A stretch of DNA of 63,757 nt, filler included, from Choristocarpus tenellus KU-1152 (GCA_964200185.2; 9 parts of 9 records of this genome joined end to end with filler, not necessarily neighbours in it); one strand, 5' to 3'; counted from the first letter of the whole stretch, positions 50,130 to 63,757 are shown. Notes: generated by a model not told the origin, from the sequence alone. Translations and numbers: made by a program.

Positions 50130-52468
50130 GTCACCTTCCTTGTATGAAGTATTTTGGCCTAAAATGCATTAAGGATGCACGCTTGGCGCTTGAGTAGGTG
50201 TTAGGCTATGTTGTTATGGCTCAGGGAAGTTGTCCTTTGGGTTCAAAGCCTGGAGTTGCCGCCGCTTGGTTAGGGTGTGTGTTATGGAAAATCTCGACTT
50301 GTGCTGAAGATGGTGGAGTGGAGTACGAGATGTTTGCGCGTGGACGTCCCCCTGGTAAGGTTCCTGCCAATTGCTCTGTGGTCCTATCAGCGCAAAGGGG
50401 GGAGGGAAAAGGATTGGGTTGGCATTGCAGTAAACGTATTAGAGAATGGTGGCAGAACGGTCTAATGGAGACGAAATTTTGGGTGCCATATCGGGCCAAT
50501 AAATACATGTGTAGGAGCGTGTGTCCACACGTAAACACAAACTGTTTGGGAGCAGAATAAATTCAAAATATATATTACATGCATAAGCCCGTTGTTTTTT
50601 ATGGCACGTATGATCCATGTCCATCATAACATGTCCGTGTGGATGTTTGAGTAGCGAATGGAACGCCACTAGTGGAGTCTGTTTATGACTGCAATACATA
50701 CATACGTAGAGTACATAGTGAAACGGTCTGGGTGTGTGTGTACGTTGGTGTATGTTTCTTTAGTGGTCTCATTATGTTGGATAACCATTACAGCTCGTGG
50801 CTATAACACATTCGCCACATCAAACTGGATGTGGTTTGGAAGACAAGCTTACAAGAGGAAGGCCATTAAATGAGCACCACTTTCGAAGTGCGGTCTCCAC
50901 TTCTTTAGACCCGTATCCTTTGCCTTTGTCGCAGAATTTGCATGTACATGCGCAAGCGCGTTGTCCATCGTCGCGAAAGCTCATTCTTCCATTTATTTTC
51001 TTCCAGTTCTCTCTTAGGCACTGAACCTGGAGGTCGGTGGCCATATGGTGGATGCAAACGCATGATCCGTGTTGCGCAGGAGAGTGGAGGGAGGAATGCG
51101 GTTGGTAGGTTACCCTCGCTTGTGTGAGGACACTCATGATGCATAACGTGACTGGCTATCCTGTGGCGGTTAGGAAAACGTAGAGTTGCCCGGTCGCCAC
51201 TGTAGCGTGTATCCAAAAAAAACGAGAGGATCATTTTCGCAAATACCTTGGCGTGGCCTTTGAAATTTAGAACAGTCTCCACTTCACGAACGTTGACAGA
51301 CAGGGTATTGGTCCTGGGATCCCCTCCTGTTCGAATATCTCCTTGAAGTTGGCATAGACATCCTCATCTATGCCAATCTGTGACCTTATTATGACGTCGG
51401 TTGCACAATGTGTATATGTGGTGTAATGTCACAGTTTTGTTGGAGGGTGAAAATGTTGCATAGTGATTGATCCATGAAGTGTTGAGGGTGGATACACGCG
51501 CAATATTTGTGAGGATGACACTCGCTAGTGTTGAGTACCTCTGAGCGTGCTGTTGGCACAGAGCATTCGGATGGCAAACTCTCTTGCTCGTATGCGGGTC
51601 TAAGTAGTGCATTCCCTGGGCGGCATCATGAGATGTGACTGGATCGTGGGGCATGGCGGTGCTGTTGCTCTCCCACACAGTGATACCCAGAACATGTGTA
51701 TCAGGATGCAAGACATGGAACTGTCGTGAGGAGTTGTCCCTTCTCACGTCGAACACCCTTGGTCTGCCGTTTTGTGCAAGGAACAATGGGAGATATGGGG
51801 CGTATGTCGGTTGTGCAGCAGAATATGAGAGATTATCCGGGCATCCCTGTTAGTGATGAAACTTTTTCTACTTATACAGTGAATGTGTTCGCCTGGGGGG
51901 GTAAGTTTTGTAGTGTCACACTGTTGGTGGTTGCGGGAAACGAATTTCCATACCTGTGGGCGGTGCCTGGAGTATAGTTGTGAGCGACGTTTATGCTTGA
52001 GCTGGGAGAGAAGCCCCCAACGTCATCTGCAGCCGATTCGGATGGGCTCGCCTGTTGCCGCATGTCTCGCAAGAATCCCGTACGTTTTTCGGCGGATGAT
52101 CTTAGTGTGTCGATGCTGATGTCGTACGTTTTTGCTGTGACAGACAGAAGTGGTTGAAACGTGGATGTCACCCCGTCATCGCCTATTTCGACTTCAGGAG
52201 CGATGCTGACGATGATGGATTTGTACACCTGGCGCGTATGGTCGGTGCTAAGATCATTCTTTATGGATTGGAGGAATTTATAAACCTGGAGATTAGGCGT
52301 TGACTCGTGTTGTTCCCGACCCAACACAACTCGCAATGCACTTGCCAACGGTGCAAATCTGCTCTTCTCATCCAACAACCAAGAGGCAAGGTCGTTCCAA
52401 GTGCGACCGCTTCCTTCCATCTCTTCTGAGCCATCGTGATTGACAAACATGGAGAGGAAGAGGTCCAT
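50130..52468 (-). mobile_element. Sola2-like DNA transposase relic
   Basis: VYANFKE...CLSTFVKWRLF*I, then SCVCIHH, then HTLTKRRQ...KDNFP...LMHFRPKY. This follows the S-S-F-xx-RP-W / CxCxxH / H..Q..DF-ENY order I recall for Sola2-type transposases. Confidence 0.55.
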
Positions 52469-54599
52469 TATCCGGTCCGTTTTGGATTTCTTCCACGAAC
52501 GGGCGGCACTGGTCTGGGGCAGTCTCTTTAGTTCCCATCTCCGGAATGGGATCGAAAGGAGGTCACGATGTAAGTTGGGTGGGTTTTTTCCTTTGACACT
52601 AGTGATCGATCCTCATCATGCGAACCTCAGTAATATTGCATCTTTCTTCGGGGAAAGGTGCTCGCGCACAAGGTTTGGTCACTCTAGGTGCTCAATGGAA
52701 AAGGGTCGTGGTGAATGACACCCCACTTTGAAAGCATAGAGAAGGGTGTGTTTGACGCATCAACAACCGAAACTGCCCCGATTATATTCTCTTGAAAATG
52801 TGTGCGTCGCATATGCGGTCAATCGCGAGCCACATACAAAAGGTTACCAAAAAAAGGATGAAGCATGTGTAGGACGAGGTGACTGGGGGTAGTTTGTCCA
52901 ACGGAACAAAGTGCGTTTTGGTACGAATTTCTGCTGGAAAGCACTTGACAGGTGTATGGTGGGTGTCGCCCCTGACATCGTTAGCTCACGTACGTATCAC
53001 AATTGACGTGTTCTGACAAACGGTAAACTAATGTGTACTATGGATTTTGTGGAATCAATATTGAACGTTACATGTGATGTAGGTCAACACATAGCCCCAC
53101 ATGCGCATACCATCGTATGCGCACCTTGCTCTATGGGGGGGACGAGATAGCGATTGAGTTTTGTGATGAGTCCAGGATGATGGTTTGCGGGTGTGTGGCT
53201 CGAAAAAGTTGGTATGTCAACCGCAGCAACTTTCACCACACTCTGTTGTGGAACAACGTTCGGCGAAAATGACATGATTTGTGTGAGTTGAAGTAGGTTT
53301 GTATGTGGACAGCCGCAATATTTGCTGTGCTTTGGCCAACGGTAAAGTATGACAAAGTGTGACATGAGGCGAGCAGATGAAGGAAGGGGGAAACATGAAT
53401 CGGTATTATTTCATCAACATGTAAGGGTGAGAGAGAGTGTCAGTGTTGGGGCATAGGGTTAGGGTCGGGACGGGTGCTATGGTTGGGATCGGAAACGGAA
53501 ACCGTAAGGAACATCGTTTGGTTCCGATATGTATCGGAACGCGGATATCGGAGAATACGAGCTTCGTCGATAGGTTTCGTTCTGCTCTTTATGGGAGGAG
53601 GTGTGCGTCACCGGTTCGGAACTACGGCGGAAGTAGTGAACACCATGTCTCTCGGATTTCGATGCAAATCTGTAACTTCGGAAGGGCATGGTGACCATAT
53701 GCTTCACTAAGCCTATTCTTCAAGCGCTAATCCCCCATTGAGGCAATTACAGAACGCACAGGCCACATTTGAGTGTGTCTCGCTGCGACCAGACGTGGTC
53801 TTGCCTTTGGGATGTCCTGGTGTCTACCCCTCCGAAGTCCACAAATTCAGTCCCGTTGTTAGAGAGATCCCCTAGTGACTGGCGGGTCGTCATCATCGTA
53901 CATCTGCGGTGCGACAGATGTGGTCACCTTGAACAACCGCGACGACGAATTCCTCAATATTGTCCAGACCCGTTGCTTTGTTGTCGAGAGAGTGAGGGAG
54001 TGTGGGGTCTCTCGTATATGTAGTTTGGCGAAAAACTTTCTTTGTTGTGCAATATAATATAACACTAGGCGAAGTGTAAATATACGTTTTTGTTCCAATG
54101 TAAGAGTAATGAACCGCGAATCTATGCAAAAGAAGATGCCAACTCTAAGTTTTCACCCTTTCGCACTAATGAAGAATTAGCGCGTGAAGAGTTATATATG
54201 TATATATTTATATATATATAACTTTTTTTGCTCCAATCAACATAATCGTCATGCATAGAAGTTTCGAGACATATGTCAAGAGTGTAAAATCTCGTTTATT
54301 AAATATCCGTTTTAAATCCTAGAAGGAACACCCGAAGTGGCCTGTTCGTAACAGTAAAATATACTATTATATTACAGGGGTAGAACATTCAATAAAGGCG
54401 GTTCTTGTTCTGCGGACAATGGTTCGGTTGTTACACTACCGAAAAAAGAATAGATAACAGGACCATACCCTCTTGGTCAGGAGAGGGTATGTGTGTATCC
54501 CTTGCAGGGAAACCGTGCTCGTGTGTGGCTATCCCTGTGCGTGCCTCCTTCAGGGACAAGTGTTGTGACGACTGCTCTAGGTCCATAGGCAGATTCTTG

Positions 54600-54627
54600 T
54601 GGCTCAGACTCAGGTTCTGGCTCACGT

Positions 54628-54672
<45 letters not shown>

Positions 54673-54675
54673 CGT

Positions 54676-54717
<42 letters not shown>
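54600..54717. repeat. (GGCTCA)n hexamer microsatellite
   Basis: Directly visible; runs into the contig end. Confidence 0.95.
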
Positions 54718-54869
54718 NNNNNNNNNNNNNNNNNNNNNNNNNNNNNNNNNNNNNNNNNNNNTTAATTAATTAANNNNNNNNNNNNNNNNNNNNNNNNNNN
54801 NNNNNNNNNNNNNNNNNCATCGGAGTAGCGACCAAGGCCCTTGTAATATTAACCTTACTCATCTACATC

Positions 54870-57551
54870 AATCTGTTCTTTGTCCTTCATTAAAGCACCA
54901 AAAAGACCGCGGGTCCAGTGTGGGATAGTTCAACACAAGCCTCAATATGACGCATACCATGGACCTTACCACATCGATATTTGTGTCCCAAGAATTTAAT
55001 GCGAACCTCCTCGACAAGGGGAGGGTCGAGAGTTTGTTCAGTAAACTCGTCACAGACACAGAAGACGCAGCCAAGAAGCTCGCCACCATCTTGAGTGGAC
55101 AGCCCTTCTCTTTGCGCTAACATTGGAAGACTCTTAAGGACTTCAAGGCCTCAGTGCATGCATCACAGGTTCCACTATATGTAGTCGAGGACGAAGTATT
55201 CTCGCGATACATGGGACAGGGCTGCATAGGAGTAGACGAGGACGGCAAGGAGAGGGATCCCACCGACACCTCTAACACTTTATTTTATTCGAACGAGCAA
55301 CATAGGATTATGCTGTTGAGGACTGTGGAGTGCATTGCTCAGGGGAGTAATCTTCCTTGGAGCAAACTCGTCCCCACTCAGGCAACAACACATTGGGCGT
55401 CAGATGTCGGAGCGAACTTCCCGAAGAATCGACACATGAGGTTTGTGTTGAAGATTTTCCCAAAATGCAGTCGCGAGAAGGCCGAATCTATATCAATCGG
55501 GGAGGGCATTGTGGCGAGAGTAGATCCCATATGCCGAATGTCTTGGATATTTTCAAGAGGATGATATCCTGGGTTAGAGCGATGATGGAGTATAGGCGGG
55601 AATACACTTGCGACAAGTCTCACCCCTCGTACCAGAAACCAGCGACGACAGCGAATGGCATACACGGAGGAGGGCGTTGGTCAACCAGTGCACCAATACT
55701 ACCTGGAGGATATAGACTTCGGGCGTGACCAGGCTGCATTCCATATCGCTGTAAGAAGGAGGGTCGCAGCAAAAATAAAGGCATTCCTCAAGGAAGCCTG
55801 GGTGGACACCAACGTGGAAAGTGGGTCAATGAACGTGAAAGAAGATACGGTGATGCAGTTCTACAACTCCATCGCCACACTCACGCAGATATGCGTGGAC
55901 AAAGGTGAACCATACATTATTATTTTCCACGGATTGTTCGAAACCATCCTTTACAAAACCTTGCATTCTTTTCGTTGCACAGCTCTATACGGATTGGACA
56001 TGAACGACTGACCACTCACGCTCCCTTCCATCGTCTCACTTTTTTCTCTACGAGATACATTTCGGCATTGTCCATATTTCAACGTGAAACGTCTCCCGTT
56101 GGAAATACCAAACAGCATCCCATCCAGCACATACGTAAGCATTAAAGATGCAAGCATTCGTACATTTTTATTTATAACTCAATCTACAACATAGGTTGAA
56201 CATTTATTTTTACTAGACAATATTAACCCATAAAATTTATGAAAAATGATGGTGAATTGATTTTGTGAAATAATTGTTCTATGTAGTCTTTTCCATTGTC
56301 TTTTTAACCTTTGTATATCTACGAATAAATTTGCATGATCTTCTGTTATAATAGGATTTTGCCGTTGACAGTAACATAAATTGCACATAGTGACAACCAC
56401 TAAGGATTATGTTGCCTGCCTATGGAAGGTGTCAACACACATCGTCACGTTCACACCTGCTTCAGTGATTAACGTGTCGCCCTCCCCTCAACGCATTGCA
56501 TACACCCCCCTGACCAGGACAAGTTCGGCTTTAGGGCGGTGCACTCCTTCACTGTGCTGTGGTACACCAACCCAGATGTGGCCATTGAGTCCCTGAGGAA
56601 CAGTGGGGGGCTCACCCATGTCTACAGAAAGCAGGTGGCCTAACCCTAACCCCCCAAACACTGGAACAACTTTGTGGGCCATATATATGTGGTTGTGCAG
56701 GGTGGCATTCGATCATTGCACAGAAAATATTCCCCCGTCTGCACATTCTTTTAACCCGACATTCTTCCAATCCTGGCTGCACGTACCCCGGTTATAAATT
56801 GAAACGTGTAATATGTCCCTCCCTTTGTGTAGGTCACTAAAGAGATCAGGGAACAGCATCTCGCAATGTGCACTGATGTCTTGGTTGGAGATGGACCTTT
56901 CCATCTTGAGAGGAGAGACCCCGCAAAACTACAGTTGGAACGACATTGTAGAGGTGGCCGCGCATGTCTTCTCTTACCAGGCAGTCGAAAAACTACCATT
57001 GAACACGCTCTCTCTCTCGTATGTGGTCGGCACGGAAACCTTCCCAGATGAATGGGTACGTCCAGTCTTGAGATTGATTTTGCTCAGCTGCTGTAAAACC
57101 GTGTGCACTACGCTGACGCTGCTGCAACGCAAAGTATCATTCACTCGATGACCCACAACTCATCAACTTGCCCACTCCCCATTCACTCCTCCATGATGAC
57201 AGTTCTCCAAGATTCTGAGAGGTCAAAGGAACAAACGGCCCCAGACCAACCCCTGTGAGGATAAATAAACCCAAGAGGGGACAAGGGAAGGGGAAGAAAA
57301 ATTCGCCAGGGGCCGCGGATGCCACCTTGAAATCCGCGTCACAAACCGATCATGATTTGCCACTCGACATGGCCAAGCTACAACTTGCGTGTGTAAGGAG
57401 GATGCACCTTAAGCGATTCCTCATCAAAGGGGCTGTCCTAGAGGTCGCTATCCAGGTCATGAACAACCTCAAGAGGAAGGATGAGCTCGAGTTACAGCGT
57501 GCCCCCGAACTCACCTCCACAGGATGTGTAACTCAAATCCAACGACCTTAA
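54870..57551 (+). pseudogene. Best-preserved copy of the family's large ORF (middle domain 54870-55900, C-terminal part 56380-57551)
   Basis: Long near-open frames with few stops or frameshifts; homologous to 33600-34607 and collinear with 11170-13300. Confidence 0.75.
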
Positions 57552-58205
57552 AACGACACTATGGGGAATTGACTCAAAGTTTCGTTCAAGATAAAGGACA
57601 GTGAAAGAGGGGTTAAAGTGTTTTCACAAAAAGCCCTCTTATGATTTTCATCATCCACCCAATTTCTTTGGTCTTCTATGCAACTGCTCTATACGCACTC
57701 CAATCATAAACCTTTATTCTGCAACTTCTTAGGAACTTTGACATTTTCTTCTGTAATGTGACGTATGCATNNNNNNNNNNNNNNNNNNNNNNNNNNNNNN
57801 NNNNNNNNNNNNNNTTAATTAATTAANNNNNNNNNNNNNNNNNNNNNNNNNNNNNNNNNNNNNNNNNNNNCCCCCCCCCCCCCCCCCAAAAAAAAGAGAG
57901 TTCAAAACCCTCAACTCCAGATATCCTTCAACTCCTTCCCACTCGAGAAATTCAAGCAAAAAAAGTAAGGTGGAAGTGTAGTACAGAATAAATAACCAGC
58001 AAGGAGTGTGAGGGGGGGAGGGACACCAGCCGGTACACTTACACTCTGCACAGGGCGGCTCTTTCTACAACCATGCATTTTACTATTAATAGTTACTTTT
58101 TCATATCAGCACCATTTAAAACCCACAAAATTTTGTTGCAAAAAAGGCCTTGAGATCTACGATATTCTACCAAACACCCCGACCTAACACTTAGCACTAA
58201 AACAA

Positions 58206-58233
58206 CCCTAACCCTAACCCTAACCCTAACCCT
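58206..58233. repeat. Interstitial (CCCTAA)n telomere-like repeat
   Basis: About 4.5 units inside the lectin intron; shorter runs near 41240, 44720, 45290, 49620 and 56640. Confidence 0.85.
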
Positions 58234-58289
58234 CAGTAAACAACACAAACTACTAACGAACAATGACAACAAAGCTCAATTCCTCTCAC

Positions 58290-58710
58290 CTTGTACTTGG
58301 AGTCCGACACCATCAGGGTCATCGTATCCCCATGCTCCCTATCAGCCCCCCTAAAAGAGCCCACATGTGCAAGAATGAAGATGGAATAAACCAAAGGTCA
58401 GGGCCCAGCGGAAAGGTTTGTCAGTCCACAATGGAAAAGGAGAAGGGCATGGGAAAGTCAAACCACATCGCAGGTATCACCGAGAAAATAAAATAAAATA
58501 AGAGATGTAACTGCTCTGCTGAGGAGCGGGAAGAGGGAGAGGTTAAGATGGGTTGTTTTTTTCAAAAACGATACAATGCACACAGCCAATACCACGGCGA
58601 TATCACCCTCCCAAGATCATTCCCAAGAATAGAGTCGGCGAGGACTTTGAGTAACTTGATTAAATCTCACCTTCGAGAAGATTTATCCCATCACCTACAA
58701 ACGCCTTGCC

Positions 58711-58764
<54 letters not shown>

Positions 58765-61487
58765 GAAAGTAGTGCAACTACACTTAACCAACACATTCAC
58801 AGGCACGGCACATCAATCCACTGTGCATCATCAAACAGGGACATAAGGACACCCCCGAACCAAAAGCCTACCCGCTTATGCGGAACTTCCAGCTGATGGA
58901 GAACACAGGTGTGTTGAGCTTTTGCCTGGACCACAAATACCCAAAGTTGTCCGGTTTGTCAGGAGTGAGCTGATCGTTGTGCAACGTGACGGGGGCAGGT
59001 AGTATAAGATGTGACGAGGGAGGGGATACATTGGTCAAAAGGTACATGGGAGGCGTATCACAGTTGTAAAGATGTGCACACCAATGCAAGACACAGGAGC
59101 AGGTCATGGATGTCTCGGGGGGGGGGGAATAGCTGATCAAGCTGTTCACATGGGGACATGTGTTGTAGTACTGTGCACACTCTATGTTGCTACTGGTACG
59201 CATGAAGTAAGAAGTGTGTCCTTGTAGTAATGTAGTGTGACTAGAATTATTTAGGAGTGATGGAAAGGAATATTCGAATATCGTGATGTTCGGGCAATGT
59301 CTCTAGGAAATATATTGTTAGGTAATCTCTAAGATTGTTTGCTAGGATGATCATGGAGAGAAGGACAAACCCTCCCCCCCCCCCAAGGATAGGAATCGCT
59401 CTTCGCTGTAACATAATAAAGCACATTCTACATCACCATCTTCTTCTTCTCCTTCAGTGGTGGTCAGCAGTTACACTCTTTGGTAGAGTGCAAACACACT
59501 CCTTCAGAAAGTATCATGAAGGAGAACACGCACTCACTATCCATGCATACTACCTACTCTTCAAGCATTCAGATCATCACGATCACGATTCTGGTCAGAA
59601 GAGGGGTCTTAAATTAAAAAAAGTGCAAACAACACAAACTGACTGACCCTGATAGAACAAGGTCATGTGAGGGTTGAGTGGCTTTTCACAGCCCAAGCAG
59701 TGACCAGTGTCGACAATACAAGGTGGGAAATGATCAGGAGCATTCAATTTCAACACCAAACAAGTCATGCCTTGCTGCTATACAGGTTCACACTTTCGAA
59801 CATCGCTGGGCATTTATTTCCGCCTCCCCCCCACCACCACCACCTCATCTACAATCTACGCTACTACCACAGCAGATACAGCTTGTAGTAGAGTCATGTG
59901 CTAGGCTTCAGACACCTCAAATACCAACCCCACTCTTTCTAACTTTTCTTCTATGATAGTCATCCACGAAACACTTCAACTCCATATCAAAGGATTAAAA
60001 ATATGCAAAAATAAACCAGTAAGTACACTAGTGTCAATATGGAAAGACACTGAAATGTTAGCATACATGTGAGTGTGTGTGTGTGTGTGTTTTGCCTACT
60101 ACCAAGAAGTGACAACCCCTGAACAAGGGATTCAAAACAAAAGTGAGCTCCACTCCAAGTGTGTTCTGCAAAACATATTATGCCAAAACAGTATCATGGG
60201 AGGAGGGGGAGGGGAAGGGGTATTATATCACCCCTATCCCCACCTGCTACAGCTTACAGCGTACTATATGATTTTAAGTCCAGAACCACTTCTATCAAGA
60301 ACCACCACATTGCCATGCCACCATCTCTAACCACAAACTATACCCATAGAAAAAGAAAATAATCAAACCCTCCTGAACACTACTGTGATTGTACTACCTC
60401 CAACTGTGGTCCCACAGTAAGATGAGCTCGTAAGGAACTGGCAATTGCGTAAGGTATGATGCTCACAAATCCAGAATGACTGGTGCCTTCCCACTATTGA
60501 AGTACTAATAGTGATGATAGTAGTGACATGGACAGCAACGAAAAAATCAAAATGCCAACATACAATCTTGGTGAGACTTCTCATTATGATAAAGGTGGTG
60601 CTCGGAAGAGGTGAAAAAACTCACCCCAAGCATACATCAGTACCAATAGAGGAGGCTAGTAGAAAATAAAATAAGCCCACCCTTTGCTGATGTTGGTATG
60701 GAGATGCATGGGGCAATGCCAAAGTTCACAGATGTGAACCATCGCTTTCCCTTGCCCCTTACGGCTCCACACAGAAATTGTCCAAGTGCGTAACACTCTC
60801 TAGTGCCAGTTACAAAAATGGAAAATCAAAGCAAGCATAGCCCCATCTCTCTTTGCACTATTCTAGATCGCTTCTAGGATCATGCCGCCATGTACTACTT
60901 GATATAAAAGTGGACGACGATGCAAAATATGTAACACCCACAAGTTGCAAGTGTTTACCTATTGTCCGAATTTCTACCAGCCAGTATCAACAGCGAAAAC
61001 AACTTACACAAAAAAGCATGTGCAGTCCTTGGTATCTTAAAGAATGATCATTTTGGATCATCGTTGGGAAGTGAGGATCAAGAGGTGCAGTATGTCAGCG
61101 TCTACCCTAGGCGTGACGATAACATTGGCATATGACCAAAACATTTATCACAATATTATCCAATCCAAGACCTTGCACCTCGCTTGCCCTTCCTCCCTTC
61201 GTATCGACCCGAAGAAAGGCATTTTCAAGAGAGTATTACCCAAACGAAAGGAAAGGAAAACATTTTCAAGAGAGCATTACCCGAACGAAAGACTGCTTGA
61301 TGATAGTGGATCCTCCCTGATCCCAATATGGCACCATCCTCGCTCCCCTGTGGTCATGGGTGCTGAAGGGCGATGAGATCAGGAAATTTTGTTTCAACTC
61401 CCCCTGTGCTCCTGTCGCCCCCAGTAGCACAGCCGCTACCCCTGCAGCGGGCAGAAGCATCAGTGGCCTCCGGCGCCCCCCTGTCAT
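58290..61487 (-). CDS. L-type (legume-like) lectin of the ERGIC-53/VIP36 family, first three exons
   Basis: Exons 61487-61281, 58969-58872 and 58350-58290 in phase: signal peptide, then SPF...VPYWDQGGSTIIKQSFVR-LTPDKPDNFGYLWSRQKL...FRISG-GADREHGDTMTL. Confidence 0.88.
58714..58760. repeat. (CA)n microsatellite
   Basis: Directly visible. Confidence 0.97.
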
Positions 61488-62539
61488 ATTGTGCTCCCGC
61501 CAAGCACTCAAAGATGTAACACGTGAAGCACTTAAGCGGATTCAAAACAAACCACAACACAACCGCGTACAGCGAGTGGGGAAGTCTATTCTGTATTGTT
61601 GTATTCGACCAGATTGGTTCAGGCTTTTAACAACACCATTCCTTGGTCGTCGCTCTTAACAAAGGTTTGAGAATCGAGAAATTGTTGTGAAGTGGTGAGG
61701 GGGGAGAGGGAATCTCGTCCCTGGACAATATAGGGTATATATCCTGTATCTCATCGTGGTATATTTGAATTTTTTAGGGTATTGTTTATTCTCCAATTCA
61801 TAGGATATGGTATACTTGAGGAGTTGAGGACTTGTGGAACCTTACTGAGATAGTCCATAAAGAGCATATAAAGGTTATAGGATACTACTGCTGACAGGCC
61901 ACTCAAACGCAGCCACGTTTTGTTGAGTACTATGTCCTATCACATAAGGGAGAAAGGAAAATTCTGGTCGACCCTGCGTGAGGTGGTGAAGCAAGTGTCA
62001 TCCAAGTACATTAAATGCTAGTCCTGTTGGCCACAAACTCCCACAAGTAAAGAGAGGAGAAGGGGGGGCGGATAGAAACAACCTTGAACTTGGGACGTAT
62101 GACCGTGATCATCAACTAACTACTGAATCTGACAATGGGGTAGTGTTTGCAGTTTGCAGAGGCATACAATCTATTCTACAAGCCTTCTTCATGGCAAGGG
62201 CGCAGCATCCCATAAGTTCGTAGACAGCAATGGAGAGGATAGACTTTCGTCTCCACTACATCCCTATCGCTTGGTCCGTACCGCAACTTACGGAAAACGA
62301 TGTACACCTCAAACAACAGTAAAAAATATTATAGGTATCAATTACTATTATATTTTTTCTATTATGCCCTCTGACATTTTGGAGATGTGTCAAAGGGAAA
62401 ACAAATGAGAACTATTCACATATCAGTATAAGCCCTAAAGAAATGAAATATGTCACAAATGTGAAAAACATTAATCTATTTGTTATTTTACTATGTTATA
62501 TCACTGCCTTCCTGCGTGTCCAATCTACCTAGTCCCGTG

Positions 62540-63150
62540 CCTCAGGGTGAGGAGCTAGGGAGGCATCCCAAGAATCCAACAAACCCCTCCGTGCCCATCC
62601 CCCTGGTGACTCCAGCTTAAAGCGTGACACGTCTAGACAGTGCCACTTGTGTAGTTACTGAGACAAGTTGGTGTAGCCGGGATTTATCCGCACCTTTCCT
62701 GCTATATCCTCCCCTCCTCTCCCCCCCACAATGTGTGTAGCCAGTTCATCCAGGAAGCATTCCGCTTGCTTGCCGAGGCACTCAAAACTTTCCACCGCGA
62801 AGGTGTTGAGGTTATAACTACAAGAGTCAAAAGAACCCTCATAGTGTGTGCGCTTTCGCGCCTCAGCTGCAGCAGCTACACCATTGCTGTGGATGAGTGT
62901 GCAAGATGGGAGGTGGCCTGCACTTCTGCAAATGTAACATCTAGGAGAAGGCCTCTGACCTGGTAGGGAGCTGTTCCAGCATCTGTCAGTGCCCCTGCCT
63001 GGAAAACTAGATCCATGCAGAGATTTCTGTCCATTGTGAAGGGGCTGCCGTCCTCTGTAGCACAAGGGATGCTCTTTCCCCTTCATAATTGGCCGAGGCG
63101 TTTCACCATGGGGGTATGCTATCGAACCTGTCCTCCTGCCCTGGGGCAGG
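62540..63150 (-). mobile_element. CRE/NeSL-type non-LTR retrotransposon 3' fragment
   Basis: MDLVF...LLLDVTFAE...EARKRTHYEGSF...FAVESFECLGKQAECFLDELA, a restriction-like endonuclease C-terminus. Confidence 0.8.
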
Positions 63151-63534
63151 TATGGGCCTGTCTGGTGTCGATAACAAATAATATCGTTCGAAAGCCAACA
63201 ACTTCGGCTTGCACATAGATATCTTCAACATATTATTTAATTTCTAAATAGCTGAGAAACCAGCCCCTGAAGACAAATGTCTTTTTTCGGAAATGGCAGG
63301 TGTACCAAAAATCAGAAAAACCTGCCAGAAGTGTCTGGAAATTATGGTTAATCGGCCATAACGTCTCTCAACGAGGCCTCCGATGAAGACGTAGTTAGTT
63401 GTGTTGGATTCCTTGGCGTTTTTCGCATTAAATGGACTATATGCCACTCTCATTCTCTCTTGAGGGCGTTCTGGATCACGCGTACAACATGACCGCAACT
63501 TGGTGGATTGAGGTAGAGAATGAGAATGGCAAGT

Positions 63535-63700
63535 GGCTCAAAGTATCTGAGGGGGGTGGTGGTGGCTGTCCATTCGGGGTTCATTTTTCCATGTCGTGAT
63601 TTTTGGGTGATTTGGTTGCATACGTTGGATGGATAATGTAAGTGTGCTTCTCCTGGTCACGACCCGAATGGACACCCTGGTGTAGACCCCCCCCCCCCCC
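63535..63700. mobile_element. Harbinger-like MITE, same subfamily as 16071-16247
   Basis: GGCTCAAAGTATCTG terminus and collinear internal sequence. Confidence 0.8.
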
Positions 63701-63757
63701 GCCAACCTGAGGCAGGAAAGAACCCCACACCCAAAAAACCCCCAAAAAACCACCCAA

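Noticed and set aside
54405-54773. LR-repeat protein ORF
   Set aside because: Translation of a hexamer microsatellite running into Ns.
56179-56400. HANLFVDI matching HADLFVDV at about 3080
   Set aside because: Opposite strand to the surrounding homology and in AT-rich sequence; may be chance.
58206-58233. True chromosome end
   Set aside because: Only about 4.5 units, embedded in an intron.

Overview
Eukaryotic nuclear DNA, not prokaryotic. Nine contigs are joined by identical artificial 100-nt linkers (N-run, TTAATTAATTAA, N-run), so adjacency across linkers means nothing. Hand-splicing at GT-AG sites with matching phases recovers seven host genes that the ORF track largely misses: a DnaJ 3' end, a complete POLR1D/RPAC2 (AC19), the 5' part of PTPDC1, an FSIP1-like gene head-to-head with BiP, an RWD-domain gene and an ERGIC-53/VIP36-type lectin. 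Cilium-associated genes, TTAGGG-type repeats and dense introns fit a flagellated stramenopile such as a brown-algal relative (inference only). Most other sequence is decayed mobile DNA: Harbinger-like MITEs with 3-bp TSDs, Tc1/mariner, Sola2-like, RTE, CRE and Copia relics. The main discovery is an unclassified repeat family with about ten highly diverged fragments in five contigs. It appears to encode a large protein (novel middle domain plus a possible Ulp1/C48-like protease region) followed by a hAT-like transposase. In one locus these two parts bracket the intact POLR1D gene. All homology calls are by eye; no searches were run and relic boundaries are approximate.
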